From Octopus sinensis (lineage: Eukaryota): a stretch of DNA of 64,000 bases. The notes under the pieces are model-generated. The model did not search any database. It had not been told where the DNA came from and saw only the letters and a program-made list of their open reading frames with translations. Numbering within the stretch: position 1 is the stretch's first letter; each line of letters opens with the position of its first letter. Position numbers and translations under genes: made by a program. The stretch lies in the NCBI RefSeq assembly GCF_006345805.1, contig NC_043003.1, positions 82,770,001-82,834,000 of the forward strand, read 5' to 3'. Positions 12,282-25,329 of this stretch are shown here, one piece after another.

Positions 12282-12884
12282 GGCGTTGAGCTAACAGAAA
12301 CGTTGGCACGTCGGGCGAAATGCTTAGCGATATTTCGTCTGCTGCTACGTCCTGAGTACAAATTCCCCGAGGTCGACTTTGCCTTCCATCCATTCGGGGT
12401 CGATTAAATAATTACCAGTTACGCACTGGGGTCGATATGATCGACTTACTCCATTTGTCTGTCCTTGTTTGTCGCCTCTGTGTGTAGCCCCTTGTGAGTA
12501 GTAAAGAAATAAGAAACGTTAGCACGCCGTGCGAAATGCTTAGCGGTATTTCGTCTGCCGTTACGTTCTGAGTTCAAATTCCGCGGAGGTTGACTATGCC
12601 TTTCATCATTTCGGGGTCGATAAATTAAGTACCAGTTACGCACTGGGGTCGATATAATCGACTTAATCCGTCTGTATGTCCTTGTTTGTCTCCTCTCTTT
12701 TTAACCCCTTGCTGGTAGTAAAGAAATAGGTATTTCATCTGTCTTTACAGTCTGAGTTCAAATTCCACCTTTTATCCTTTCGGGCTCGATAAATTATGTA
12801 CCAGTTGTGTACTGGGGTCGGTCTAATCGACTCGCCCACTCCCAAAAATTTTCGGGCCTTATGCCTAGAGTAGAAATGAATATT
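12282..12884 (+). mobile_element. SINE family B (tRNA-like head, Meta-like central domain), tandem trimer
   Basis: Three head-to-tail monomers sharing GAGTTCAAATT...GCCTTTCATCCTTTCGGGGTCGATAAATTAAGTACCAG. The third is 5'-shortened and has a different tail. Confidence 0.88.
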
Positions 12885-13720
12885 TCCCTGTCCTCATCTC
12901 TCTATATACTCTCTTTGGTTTAAAAGCAAATTTGTTATATATACTGACTCCTTCAATAATACGCTTGTGGTAGCGAAGATTTTCTGTCTACCTGTACGTA
13001 TGTAAGTATGTATGCATATATGTGTGTATGTATGTATGTATGTATGTATGTATGTATGTATGTTTGTATGCACGCATGTATGCATGTATTGGGGTGTAGG
13101 TACGTTAGTTATTCATTATGTATTAGCTTTCTGGTGTGTGTTGTGTGTGTATGTTTGTGCGTGTGTTGTGTGTGTATGTTTGTGCGTGTGTGTGTGTATG
13201 TGTGTGTGTGCATTCTTGTGTGTGTGTGTGTCTGTCTGTCTGTGTCTCTGCATATGTACGTGTTTTGTAGCCTGTTGTTTTCACGAATAATTAATCATCT
13301 GTGTGTAAGTTTGCGTATGTGCGTTCTTGCACGCATGTCTATTTCCGCGTATGTACATGTATGTGTGCAAGCATGTGTGTAAGAGTTTCTTGTAGATATT
13401 TCTGTCCATGTTCATGAATGCGTGTGTGTGTACGTGGATGTGCGTGTATAACTGTGTGTCCTAGTGTGTATGCGCTTGTGATTTTCTGTGTGCTTGCATG
13501 TGCGTGATGTGTTTTGTTATGTACTGCAAGTGTTCATTATTACATGTATTTTTCTTCATTCATTTATGTGTTATCCTGCAATCATTTTAAGGCAACCCTA
13601 TACATACATGCCTATACCCACTTATTTAATCGCACCCACAGGAATACACACACCCATACACTTTTTCATGTATTGCATGAGTAGTAGCAGAAGTTATGTC
13701 GTTCTATTATTTACGTTGTA

Positions 13721-14988
13721 TTGGGTTGGCAACTAAGTTCCCACCGTTATTGGTAAAATTTTAAATTTATTGCATTTTTAAATTTTGTAATCAATTTTTT
13801 TACGAGAATTCTATGTTTGAATCATTTTGGAATCTATTTTGTTTTTTGTTTTGTTTTTAGTTAATTTTTGTTTATTTTCACATCATTAAAATGGAATGTC
13901 AAGTTTTAAAAAAACCAGCACTTCGACACCTCCTTCGATTTGCTTTTAATCAAGGTTCTAAGGACGAAAATCTGCTCGCGACATTTGTGCTGTGTATGGA
14001 GAGGGTGGCATAGCTGAAAGAACCGCTCGTTATTGATATGCCAAGTTCAAAAATGGATATTTTGACCTCAAAGTCGAACCTCATTCCGGTCGTCCAGTTG
14101 AGTTCGATGAAGAGCGATTAAACCAAATTCTGCACGAACATTCTCATCAAACGACAAGGAAACTGGCAGAGAAAATGGAATGCTCCCACACTGCTATAGA
14201 GAAACATCTTCACACGATGGGAAAGGTTCAGAGTTATAGAGCATGAGTTCCGCATGCTTTAAGTAACAACAACAAAAATCAACCAGTCACAATCTCCGCT
14301 GGTTTGCTTGCTCGTCACCGCTCAACTCATGGACACAAGCAACGATTTCTTTATCGAATCGTTCCTGGCGACGAAAAATGGTGTCTGTACATCAATATGA
14401 AGCAGCTCAGGACCGGTAAACAAGCGACACCGCGCGTGAAACAAGATCTTCACCCGCTCAAAACTATGTTGTGCGTATGGTGAGAGTAGAAAGGGATTAT
14501 TCATTACGAATTGCTTGAACGGAACCAGTCAACGTGGAACTCTATGTTCAACAGATAGAACGACTTAACACGGCTATTCAAGAGAAACAACCTCATCGGC
14601 AGCATGGAATTCTGCTGCACGACAACGCCCGCCCTCATATCGCTAATATGACCAAGGAAGCCATTCAAACGCATGACTGGGAAGCGCTGCCACAACCCCC
14701 GTACTCTCCTGATTTGGCACCAACGGATCTCCACCTCTTTTGGTCTCTTTCAAATGCTATGCACGGAGTTTCCTTCAATAGTGATGCAGAATTGAGAGCT
14801 TGGTTGGATCGAGTCGAAATTGTGTGATTTCTACCAACGAGATATTGAAAATCTTGTTGAATGTTGGGAAGAAGTTGTAAACAACAAGGGGGAATACATT
14901 ATTGATCAATTAGTTGTCATTTCTTATTAAGCCTTTTTAAAAATTAAATTAAAAAAAAAAAACGGCGAGAATTTAGTTACCAACCCAA
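13721..14988 (+). mobile_element. Mariner DNA transposon (TIR resembles mellifera-subfamily elements), full length, decayed transposase
   Basis: 28-bp TIRs at 13721-13748 (TTGGGTTGGCAACTAAGTTCCCACCGTT) and 14961-14988, flanked by TA. Motifs GDEKW, HDNARPH and YSPDLAPTDLHLF, with stops and frameshifts. Confidence 0.95.
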
Positions 14989-17900
14989 TATATTTTTATT
15001 GAGTGTCGGCATTCTCTCATTTATGACCCACGTATATGTCGTAATGAGGAGTCTCTCGTGCTAGTTTTCACTGTTACTTTGATTCAGTATGCCACTATGT
15101 TGATGTTTGATAGATTATCTTCTAAGTTCACACAATACTGATCTTATCAGAACAAGTGTTCTTTTAAAATGGATATGTCTTATATAAATTGTTTCCTAAT
15201 GGACCGCCTTTCTTTTTCCTGCAAATTTGATGTTCAATTTAACTTCCTTCATAATATTCCCAAACCTGCTGGCTAAATCCCCATATGACATAGCCCTTGA
15301 AATATATGTTTAACCATGTATTTATTTTAATTGATTTATCACTAGTCCTCTATATTCTGTTCTACTGTATGCCTCAGTATCTAGAGCGGGTCCCATTGAA
15401 ATCCTTATAATAGCATCGAAACTTTTCCTAGGTTTCCTGTACACTCTAACTCTACCTTTCTGATTGCAGACAAAGAACTGCATGCGAGGCATAAAGCCCT
15501 GTGTAATTCTTTTTATTTCACAGGTTTGCAGAGAATAGGCCGTTGTTCGTCGTCCAAACTAAATCCGAACTAAATACTTTAAGTATGCTTATCTTTTTAT
15601 TGTGTGATAAAGCTAATTTATGGGTTTCGAACAAAACCTCAGACGAGTTGACTATTTTTTGCTTGTAGTTTCTCACGGAAGTTCAGTTTTAAGAAAAGGG
15701 AGTCTAATGTTAGTGTATTTAGAGGGTAGACTATCGTTAACTATATATTCTGGTGGGTGGAGCTAGCTATGAACTTGATGTTCTCTTTTCTGTTTCTTCC
15801 ACTACCAGTGATTGTCTTAACTAGGATGTTGATATCGTCTCGAACATTTACTCTATATATCATATCTAGCAACACAACTATCTCTTTGCTGCGTGCTCTC
15901 TCTCACTCTTTCTGTATCTATCTACTTACCTACCTTTGTCTATGTTTCTATCAATCAATCTATCGATATATGTCAATATGTGAATGCGTATGGACGTATA
16001 TGTATGAATGAATGAATGTACGTATGTATGTATGTATGTATGTACTTACGTATGTACGTACGTATGTACTTATGTATGTATGCATACATACATAACCTTA
16101 GTTTTTTTTTATTTTGACCTAAATAAATACAGGTAAAATATGCTGCATCACTCGTGTGTTTTTATCCCTCACTCATCACTTGTCCTCATTAACTATATTT
16201 TATCATAATCCACTTACGTCTACATCCAGTCACTAACGCTAGTTTGGTAGTTATGACAAATATACAACATTGCTGCTTCTGTTCCCCCTGTAATGAGCAA
16301 GCATAATATGGACCTGCGAAAATCTATATTACTGTAGATTGGAATTTTTAAATATTCCACTCTTTTTGTTGCTTTTAGTGTTGATATATTTATTACGTTT
16401 AAAAATGTAAATCGACGTACCAAATTACGCAGCGATGTGTCGCTAAGTGAAGAGATAAGCATAATCGTTTTACATGACTTTAAATAATTGCCATAAGCTA
16501 TACGTAAGGATTTGCTTATATTTTATTGTTTTATTTTAGATAAGGCTATGTTCATCTAATTACCGATGTCTATGTATTATTTCTATTACTTCTATTTAAA
16601 ATTGGATACAGTTCCTCTCAAAGTTATTTGAATATTGGCAACATACTTCTTGTTTATTAAGTGTCCTACGATCATTTATATCTTTCCTAGTTTCGACTTC
16701 ATTTGTTCTTTGCAACCTGTTCTAACATAGTTTTCATACTAAATGAGTCACTCCATATGGAAGTAGCTTATACACCGCAAAAGCTATAATCTCATCCATC
16801 AAATTTACTCAGTTATCAAACATCCTCATGCTTCCAAGCATTTCACAGCCTTTGAATACCTTCATTCGGGTTACCCACCTGCTTCGTTGTTTTTTTTTTA
16901 CTAATTCTATAGTTTTTTTCTGGTCATAAACATAATGTTTAGAAATATAGCACCGTTATGTAGTATGGAAAAATCCTCTTCCTTTGTTTACATATTAGCA
17001 ACTTAAAGAGTTTCGTGTTCTACAACCTTCACAGTAGTACACGTCCTTTCATTTATGTTTAAGTCCGATTTTTTGTTCTTTTTTTGTGACACTATTCACC
17101 TAGGACAATGACATCAAGTATATTCTTTTTCGAATACATACGGCATCATTTCATAGATCAGAATAAACATTTCGTAGCTGGTGGATCGCATCCAGTGAGT
17201 TCTCATTGGAAGGGTTTCCTAGACTTATTGATCTAAATATCAGCAAATTTTATCGATTATTAATCTTCCCAATCAAATCAATTACAATTTATAACCATGC
17301 GACAATATTAGAAATCATTAATATTTCTTACACTTTTGCTGGTAAGGTTGATTATCATAGAAGACTGCGGCGTAATTTTCTACGAAATGTTTATTCTGAT
17401 CTATAAAATTAAGATTGTCTACCAGATAATACGTAATTACTGGCGTTCCCTGAAAATTCATTTTAACAACAATTACTATTTGTAATGAGATGTAAGTGAG
17501 CTGCGTTAGTAAGATTTTAATTATGCCTGTCTATTGTTTGGAGAAACCACAGACAATTTATTGTATATTTTAATACGTGCAATATCAAATGTTTCTATTA
17601 ACTACGCTTGGAAAGGCATAATATTCACTAAGCTGACTTCCTCTAACTGCACTACATGAAGAAAATGAGCCATAAGAGATAGTCCTGTTCCAAAATTGGT
17701 AATGAGATGCAGATCAATAACTTCAATATTAGGTTTGTGTCATACTATTATACTGATCTTTAATCCCAACCAATTCATCATGTTGATAGGCTGTCATAAA
17801 CTTGTTAATTGGTATTTGGATTCGCCTTAGCTCTGTTTTCAAATATGTCTGATACCATTTGAGCCCATTTGAAAAAATTCTATTAAACATTACGTTTCTT

Positions 17901-18607
17901 AATAATATTTTTACAATGCAATTACTAATGGGTTTTTTTGTATGAGACCATAAGCATTTTAAACTGATCAGACATAATTATTTGTATCCATATTACGGAG
18001 GCCATTTTAGTGATAAAATATATCCACATATGTAGGCATACACCGACAATCCAACTGAACCTGTCTGAATGAAATAATAATCTTTCATTACTGAGCTAAA
18101 TGTAAGAAGGATGATATAATCTATTTAACCCAAAATAAAAAAAAATAATAAAATGATTCAACAGCACTAAATTTAAATTTAGTACTACCGAGATGAAAGT
18201 AAATTTGGACAAATAGTTTCGTACCCCATACTATTTCTATCTTAAATATTGATTTCATATTGCGGTGATTGCTACTGGGGAGTACAGTTAACTCTCTACC
18301 ATATTTCCCATTGATAATGACTAAAGAGCGAGAAACGCTTCTGGGGATTCCGACAAGGGACAGCACTGCACCTTTTTTTTATTTTAAGAGAGAATCTGTG
18401 ATGTATGGTAACGTCAGTGAATTTGCCCTTAGAAGTTGAAATATGTCACAAACATATATTCATTTACTTAAAGTTATATGTACATACATATAGACGTATG
18501 TGTATATCTTTACAAGTATATGTGTGTGCTTGTGCTTACGTACGTGTGTGTATTTGTGTGTGAGTGTATGTGCATGCCTGTGTAATTATGTGTATGGGTG
18601 CGCGTGG

Positions 18608-18659
<52 letters not shown>

Positions 18660-19884
18660 TAGCCAACAGGAAAATAGGTGCTCAATACCATCGCTGCAGA
18701 ACAGACGATGCCGATACCTCGAGTAGAAAAATTTCCTTTCATCTAGATAAGGCTTTCATCTACCTAAGTGCAACTGGCAGAATTAAATTATATAGATTAT
18801 AGCAGTATAGTTGCCACAGAGTATTGTGAGAAAATATTAAGTTAAAACATAGCCTGAAAAAAAACAAAATAAAAAGCAGTAAAATAGAAGCAAAACAAAA
18901 CATTAGTGTAAAATCCCTCTGCCAAGTACAAAATAGTTTAAGAACTGGTATATTTTGGTATGGAATATATAAGGATACTGGGTCTGCCATGTATAGATGC
19001 GTGTTGTTAACACCAGCCAATCCGCTCTGTGTAATTCGTTTCACTTATAATAATTACTATATCAATTAGAATGACCACATTAATTCTCAAATTTCTGATA
19101 TTCTATTGATAAGTGTGTTAAGGGCCAACGAACGAACATATCGGCCCTTCCTTGATTCGCCGTGTAAATTCTACCAATTATTAATATATATACTCATGTT
19201 TTGGGTTCTATTTTTCCTTTTTGCATCACTAAACCTAATATTCCGCACAACAGATTTGTTAATGATTGCGTTTAAGGTGTGACATTTTCTTGGCTTATTT
19301 TTAACAGTACAGGCATTTGTAATTGCATGGATTTGTTGCTTAAATTCAGCCGTACATTTTACTTAAATTGCTTTCAGTGAAATGCCCGCCACGTGTATTG
19401 AAAACCGTGCGTCAGTCACTCCCTTTTTAGCAATTCTACATAGTGCAATATTTGGTGTAGGGTTTGTAGAAAACGTAAACAATGAGTAGCTGACCAGGGG
19501 TTAAATAAGAAACATAACATATTTTTTGATACAGAGTAAGATAAGCATTTACAAAATAAATACTTATGAAACATTATCAGTGTGATAAAATATTTATCTG
19601 CTTAATGGTATATTGAGAATATATCAGCGAATTTAAATGATACTAAAACAAGTCTGCAGTTATCGCATATACTTGATGCAAAAAAAAATGCTAGTGAATT
19701 ACTAATACTAATGTATTTGTGATACAGCGATGGTTTGTTGTTTTTTTTTTAATATTCCAAGCATGGAATAGGTTTTCACTTACCTATGTTAATGGATAGG
19801 TTCTTCAACAAATTTTTAAACCCCAATCATAAGATAATACAGAAACAATGAGTTGCAAAGTAAGTTGAAACATAATTAAAATTT

Positions 19885-20026
19885 GGTGGGCAAATGTGGT
19901 TAAAAAGCTTGCTTTGCAGTCATCCGTTTTGGTTCAATCCCACTGTGCGGCATCTTAGTCTACTTTTTTTTTATAGCATGGACCAATCAATGCTAAGTGA
20001 GTGAAATTTGACAGACGGAAACCAGT

Positions 20027-20065
<39 letters not shown>

Positions 20066-20335
20066 TCACATGCCCACACACACACACGCGCACACACACA
20101 CCACACACACATATATATTGAAAGAGAAAGAGAGATGTGGCATTTTTGTCTTTACATTGCCCTCCTTTGCCGGAGGACCGGTGTTGGTCTCTTTGGGTGC
20201 CTGTAACTTAGCTAATCTCAGTGACAGAATAACTACTTAGAACAAGTACTGCAGTCGATCTGTCAGACTAAACTCTTTTAAAGCGGTGCCCTAGCATGAC
20301 CACAGTCGAATGACTGAAACAAGTAAAATATAAAA
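19885..20335 (+). mobile_element. SINE family A, diverged copy with internal (CA)n
   Basis: Head GGTTCAATCCCACTG; tail GCGGTGCCCTAGCATGACCACAGTCGAATGACTGAAAC. Confidence 0.8.
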
Positions 20336-22402
20336 TCTCTATGCAAAATAGTTTCCTAACATTGTTTCATGTCCTGTATTTCAAGTGAAAGAGTGAAGTT
20401 GGTCAGATCCTATTTAATGACGAAATAATTCTTTACATTGTCGCAAAGCCAACAAGGAATATTGATTAAACTCTAATATATGCATGATACATATCCGTTC
20501 AGGGATGATGAAAGATAAATCGTTTCTGGAGGGTAGACAGCAAATCGGTATTTCATCAGAAGAAAATAAATACTATATAAAGTTCTACACATTCTACCCT
20601 TCCACTACTTTTTATTTTATATAATATCATAAATATTTCTAGGTAATAAATATGAGAGTGATGTATAAAAGCGAACGCACGCTGGTTTAATTATTCTTAA
20701 ATAAAACGATTTTATTGATTGAAACTAAAATCTTTAAAGATGTGATATTCCATATATTACATATATTATATTGAGATTTACCGGAAGCAAAACTCAATGG
20801 AATATAGGAAGTGCGATACTTTTCATCATTATACGTTTACATAAAAAGAAATTAAGTTTAATCTGTTGCTTCAAAGTGATTTTATACTAGTTGTTAATCA
20901 AAGATCAGACGCGATGGGATTCAATTACAGGAGTAGATTTAATGATTTCTCAACATCAAACTCTCTTTTCAAATTTCATAGCCGTGAGGTCAGCCTACTT
21001 AAATTAAATTTGCTCGAAAAATCCAAATGTATATCGAGATAGTCTAATGGTTTAAGTGTTTGTAGCATTTAACGCTAGAATATAGAGGATAGATCGCATG
21101 TATCACCTCTGTTAGATCAAGTCAACACCGATAATTATTGCAAACTGTCACTGATTTATATATCAATGCTGAAATTATACATCCCAGCAGATTGCATAGA
21201 TGTAAATGATACTTTAACAAATAAATATATTACCCATATATTGAATTCCAGATGGGGCTGACCAACGAATCAAATGCATAATCTGTTTAATGTAGTTATA
21301 TGTGCTCATATATGTGAAATTCGACAACTAATTACAAATACCATTACTATCAAAGATCTGAGCCGATTCTTATAAAAGGAAATGTTCCAAAACTTTGTGG
21401 TGTTTTTTGAAATGATGAAATATCCCAGTTGTAGAGGTGCAATAAAAACATAACAGACAAATATCAATTTGCTTAATTGTTGCCATTTATACTGTACGAA
21501 ATGAATTCAAGTACGTTTTCCACCGTTTTCAATTTCTCTGGTTTAAAACCAATATATTTTCGAAATATCTATTAAAACTCTATTTCATTTAATTTCATAA
21601 AAAATAAGTATATATTATTAATATGAAATATGAAAAAATAATCGATATACCATCGAAATATGGAAGATCAATATTTATTGGTATAAGAGTCGTTCGGTCG
21701 CTCTATATTCTAAACCATGAACACAAGTAGAACCCCTGTATATTATTTCTGTCGAAACAATGAGCATTTAAAGTTTTATCTAACATATTAAAGAATGCTC
21801 GCGGTTTGGTAATCTACGTCGTTTGCAGACATTTATTTTAAGTACGTAAGTGGTCTTCATTATCAGGAGGACAGCTGTAACTTCTTACTTACGAAACAAC
21901 CTGAATATTTCTTCAGAATTACTGGTATATCTGTATTAATTTAAATATTCATATATGAAAGAAAATATTGCAACTGTTTTGTACTGAGTTACACCAAAGT
22001 ATACTCAGCTTTTTTAAAGTGATCATCCAAACTTTGTAGGGTAGTACATTACATAAAGAGAACAGTATATAATTTCATAACTGTATTCTCTCGCATAGTT
22101 CTGCTTTAGTAACAAGTCTATACCATGCTTCACTTTACAAAACAGTTGTTACACATTCATATCTATGTGTATATGTGTGTAGAATACATCCCCATTTTGG
22201 CACTATTTGTTAGTGAACAGTACGAACTGTGTTTTAAAGTAAACAGTATTACTACGCCGTGTCTAACGATATATAGGTGTCGCTGCGCTGAAAGTAGGGC
22301 AGTTCGTGTAACATGGAAAAGTAAATAAACACGTGAAAGAATAACTATGCTTCGTATTGAGTTGTCTATCCCAGTAGAAAGAAACTACACATAACAACAG
22401 TG

Positions 22403-22545
22403 AAGGTGCGTACCCTAGTGAGTAGGTAAGAAGCTCCTGATCATAAAGTCGCGGTTTCAAATTTTGATTGGGTGACACGTTGTGTCGTTGAGGAAGGCAC
22501 TTAATTTCACTTTACTCCAGTTGACTGGCGGCAGTTCACACTCCC
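22403..22545 (+). mobile_element. Degraded tRNA-derived CORE-type SINE fragment (family D)
   Basis: GCGGTTTCAAATT...TGTGTCGTTGAGGAAGGCACTTAATTTCACTTTACTCCAG, similar to 35468-35680. Confidence 0.5.
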
Positions 22546-23051
22546 TGCAGGATTTTTTTTTTTGCTAGACCAAGGGTGAGGGACACGTGTCTACACAGGA
22601 ACGTAAAACAATGAGCGAAGGCATAAAGCACATACCTGCTGATGTACGACTGCAGGCTGAACAGGTTTAACATTTAAGTAGAAATAAGAAACATAATGGT
22701 AGTAATTTTAATATTATTCGTGGGAATAGTATTAATTATGACTGTATTACTAATGTTAGTCGTTAATTATACGAATTCTAACACATTGCCATTGTGATAA
22801 TAGGATGTCTAAACTCTGCAGAAAAAAACCAGCTTCATACTGTAAAGAAGAAACAAAAAGAGCATTGATTCATTTATTTATTATAGTGTGATCAGCTTTG
22901 AGTGAGACGCTCTATGTTTAAAGGTATAGCAGCATTGAAACGACTGCATTTTGCTTTGTCATTTTATATCTAGGATTGCATTCATTATTCAGTGTGATCT
23001 TCTTTTTTCAAGACGACAAAGTGTTATTTGTTAACCATGCTGCTATTTTAG

Positions 23052-23102
23052 TAAGAAGGTCAACCAAGCAGAGACTCACAGAACGTTTCTAACTCGTGCA
23101 AA
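23052..23102 (+). CDS. Candidate 51-nt internal exon (KKVNQAETHRTFLTRA), unknown gene
   Basis: TTTTAG acceptor and GTAAGA donor with an open frame; phase-compatible with 33479-33557. No homology recognised. Confidence 0.2.
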
Positions 23103-23264
23103 GTAAGATATATAAGGAGAAAAAATATTAAACTTTAACAGATCAAAATGCTAAATAATTCTTTTGATAACAGTATTGTAGAACAGCTATCGTTAATTAC
23201 GAAGGTGGATTAAGAGACATTTAGTGCTAAATTCAAATTAAAACTTGATATGTCAAGGTAATTG

Positions 23265-23495
23265 AGTGATTTTATATGCTTGCGGAGAAAATCCCTGGAG
23301 AAGGACACCATGCTCGGAATGGTCAGTGGCAAGAGAGGAAGAGGCCGACCAAGAACCCGCTGGCTTGACACCATCAAGAGTGATACCGGAATGGACATAG
23401 TCAATCTGAAAGAAGCGGCCCCGGATAGAACTGACTGGAGGACACTGATCCAACGAGTAAGCGAGAGTCGACTTCGACTGAGCGGATAGGAAGGA
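23265..23495 (+). mobile_element. RTE (BovB-like) LINE, extreme 3' fragment
   Basis: LEKDTMLGMVSGKRGRGRPRTRWLDTIK...DRTDWR...SRLRL* is the typical RTE ORF C-terminus. Confidence 0.88.
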
Positions 23496-23599
23496 AGGTG
23501 TATACACAACAATAGTAAAATGGCGTGCCGCGAACTCTCATTTGATTGCACAATTCCCGAAACGTATTGATATTGGTCTCGCTGACTCACAAACTAAAG

Positions 23600-24350
23600 A
23601 CTCTAGTGTTGCCCTAGGATCTGTTTTCCCATCAACACACCACATCGAAGATCCACTTATCTCTAACTTGCAAAAGTTCTAATTCCTATGCAAATTATTA
23701 TATTCTTTGATGTTACCTAAACTTTTGCACCCAAGATGTAACATTGACAACTCACATCAAACCCTACACATGTCTCTCGAACAGACACCAAAAAGGCACT
23801 CTCCAGTGATTAATTATCAGTCTTGTCACTTTTAGCAATACAATATCAAAAAATCAATGTAAACATGAACAACGAGTATTTAGAATTTTTAACATTCCAT
23901 AAAACAGTGGACATCACCACCATTGATGCTCTCTTCTTACTATCCCATTTCTTCAACACAGCAAGCACTTTATTAAAAGGGGACACTACTTTCGCGTCTA
24001 GCAATTACAAGCACCACACAAAGCTTGAGTATGACCCATAATCGACTATTGCCACCTACATCTAAGATGTTGTTAGTATGACATAGAAACTTCCTAAACT
24101 ACATCTAAAAAAATCACCAACAGAATAATACGGAATAACTTGCCTACCAAGACACTCCTTCTGCCAACATAAATCAATACCATCTCCTCAGGCTTTCATT
24201 TCTTTCACTAAAACATTTCTATCTGTCCCTCGAATTTTGTTAACCTTCCACTATCTGCAGTTAGACTCTCAAGATTTGCTCGTTTCTCAATCTTTAGTTA
24301 CACATATTTGTGTCCACGCCCATCCTTGATTCGTACTAACTTCAGTTTGT
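23600..24350 (+). mobile_element. Highly degraded LINE endonuclease-region remnant
   Basis: LAIQYQKINVN...TVDITTID resembles the first APE motifs; C/A-rich strand bias; many stops. Confidence 0.3.
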
Positions 24351-24527
24351 ATATATTCTATAATAATAATAATTATGTTTATCTCATTAGACTGGAGGGC
24401 CTGTGGTGGTCAAGAGAATACTTTTCTCTAAATTAATCAAGTAAAAGCAATGATAGGACAAGTCCGATCCTAAATTTCTTTTATGTGCATGAGAGAATAT
24501 TATGTACAGCAAACGGTCGATAATATC

Positions 24528-24755
24528 TATTTCTTTATTACCCACAAGGGGCTAAACACAGAGGGGACAAACAAGGACAGACATAGGTATTAAGTCGATT
24601 ACATCGACCCCAGTGCGTAACTGGTACTTAATTTATCGACCCCGAAAGGATGAAAGGCAAAGTCGACCTCGGCGGAATTTGAACTCACAACGTAACGGCA
24701 GCCGAAATACCGCTAAGCATTTCGCCCGACGTGCTAACGATCCTGCCAGCTCGCC
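24528..24755 (-). mobile_element. SINE family B monomer with Tx1-like tail, young copy
   Basis: Complete head GGCGAGCTGGCAG to tail GTAATAAAGAAATAG; TSD CGGTCGATAATATC at 24514-24527 and 24755-24768. Confidence 0.92.
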
Positions 24756-25329
24756 GGTCGATAATATCATAGACTTGTCAGTTATATCAAGAAATTTATC
24801 AAGAATTTTAAAATGTCATCTGAACAGCAATCATGATGATGCAAAGAATCATTGTGGCAATTAATTGAGGAGATTTGGTATTCTTTCGAGAGATGATATG
24901 ACACAAATTTGATCATTCTGCTTCCCATAAATTCATGATAATAAAAGGAAACAAATTACGTATATGAATACAATGCGTATACAAATACTACAGGAATATT
25001 TTGATTAAATCAAGTGATAAGAAACTCTCGTGAGAGCTAAATAGCAGGAGGTCTTCAAAGAAGAAATCCAACTCATGCAAGCGATTTGGCCTTTAATTTC
25101 TTGAACTCTCAGGGATCCGGGCCTCATCCTGGTCATGATACTTGGATACCCTTCTCTTGATATTTTTACCCACTTAGATGTTGGAGACCTGTGCTCTTAA
25201 ACCGCCTGGAGATTTCATTTATTTGTCTCTCATCGTCATGACTCAGCTTTCAAAGTTATACTTAAATAAGAAATAACATTGATTGCATTGCTAGCGGCGA
25301 AGTGTGAACTATCTCAGTGTCTCAATATG

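Noticed and set aside
11259-13736. Clusters of I/Y, V/C and H/T-rich ORFs (also at 30-32 kb, 42 kb, 47.5 kb, 56 kb and 62 kb)
   Set aside because: Translations of di-, tri- and tetranucleotide microsatellites.
20500-20575. Minus-strand CTGATGA...GAAAC spacing suggesting a hammerhead ribozyme
   Set aside because: No helix II closing pair and no convincing helix I or III.
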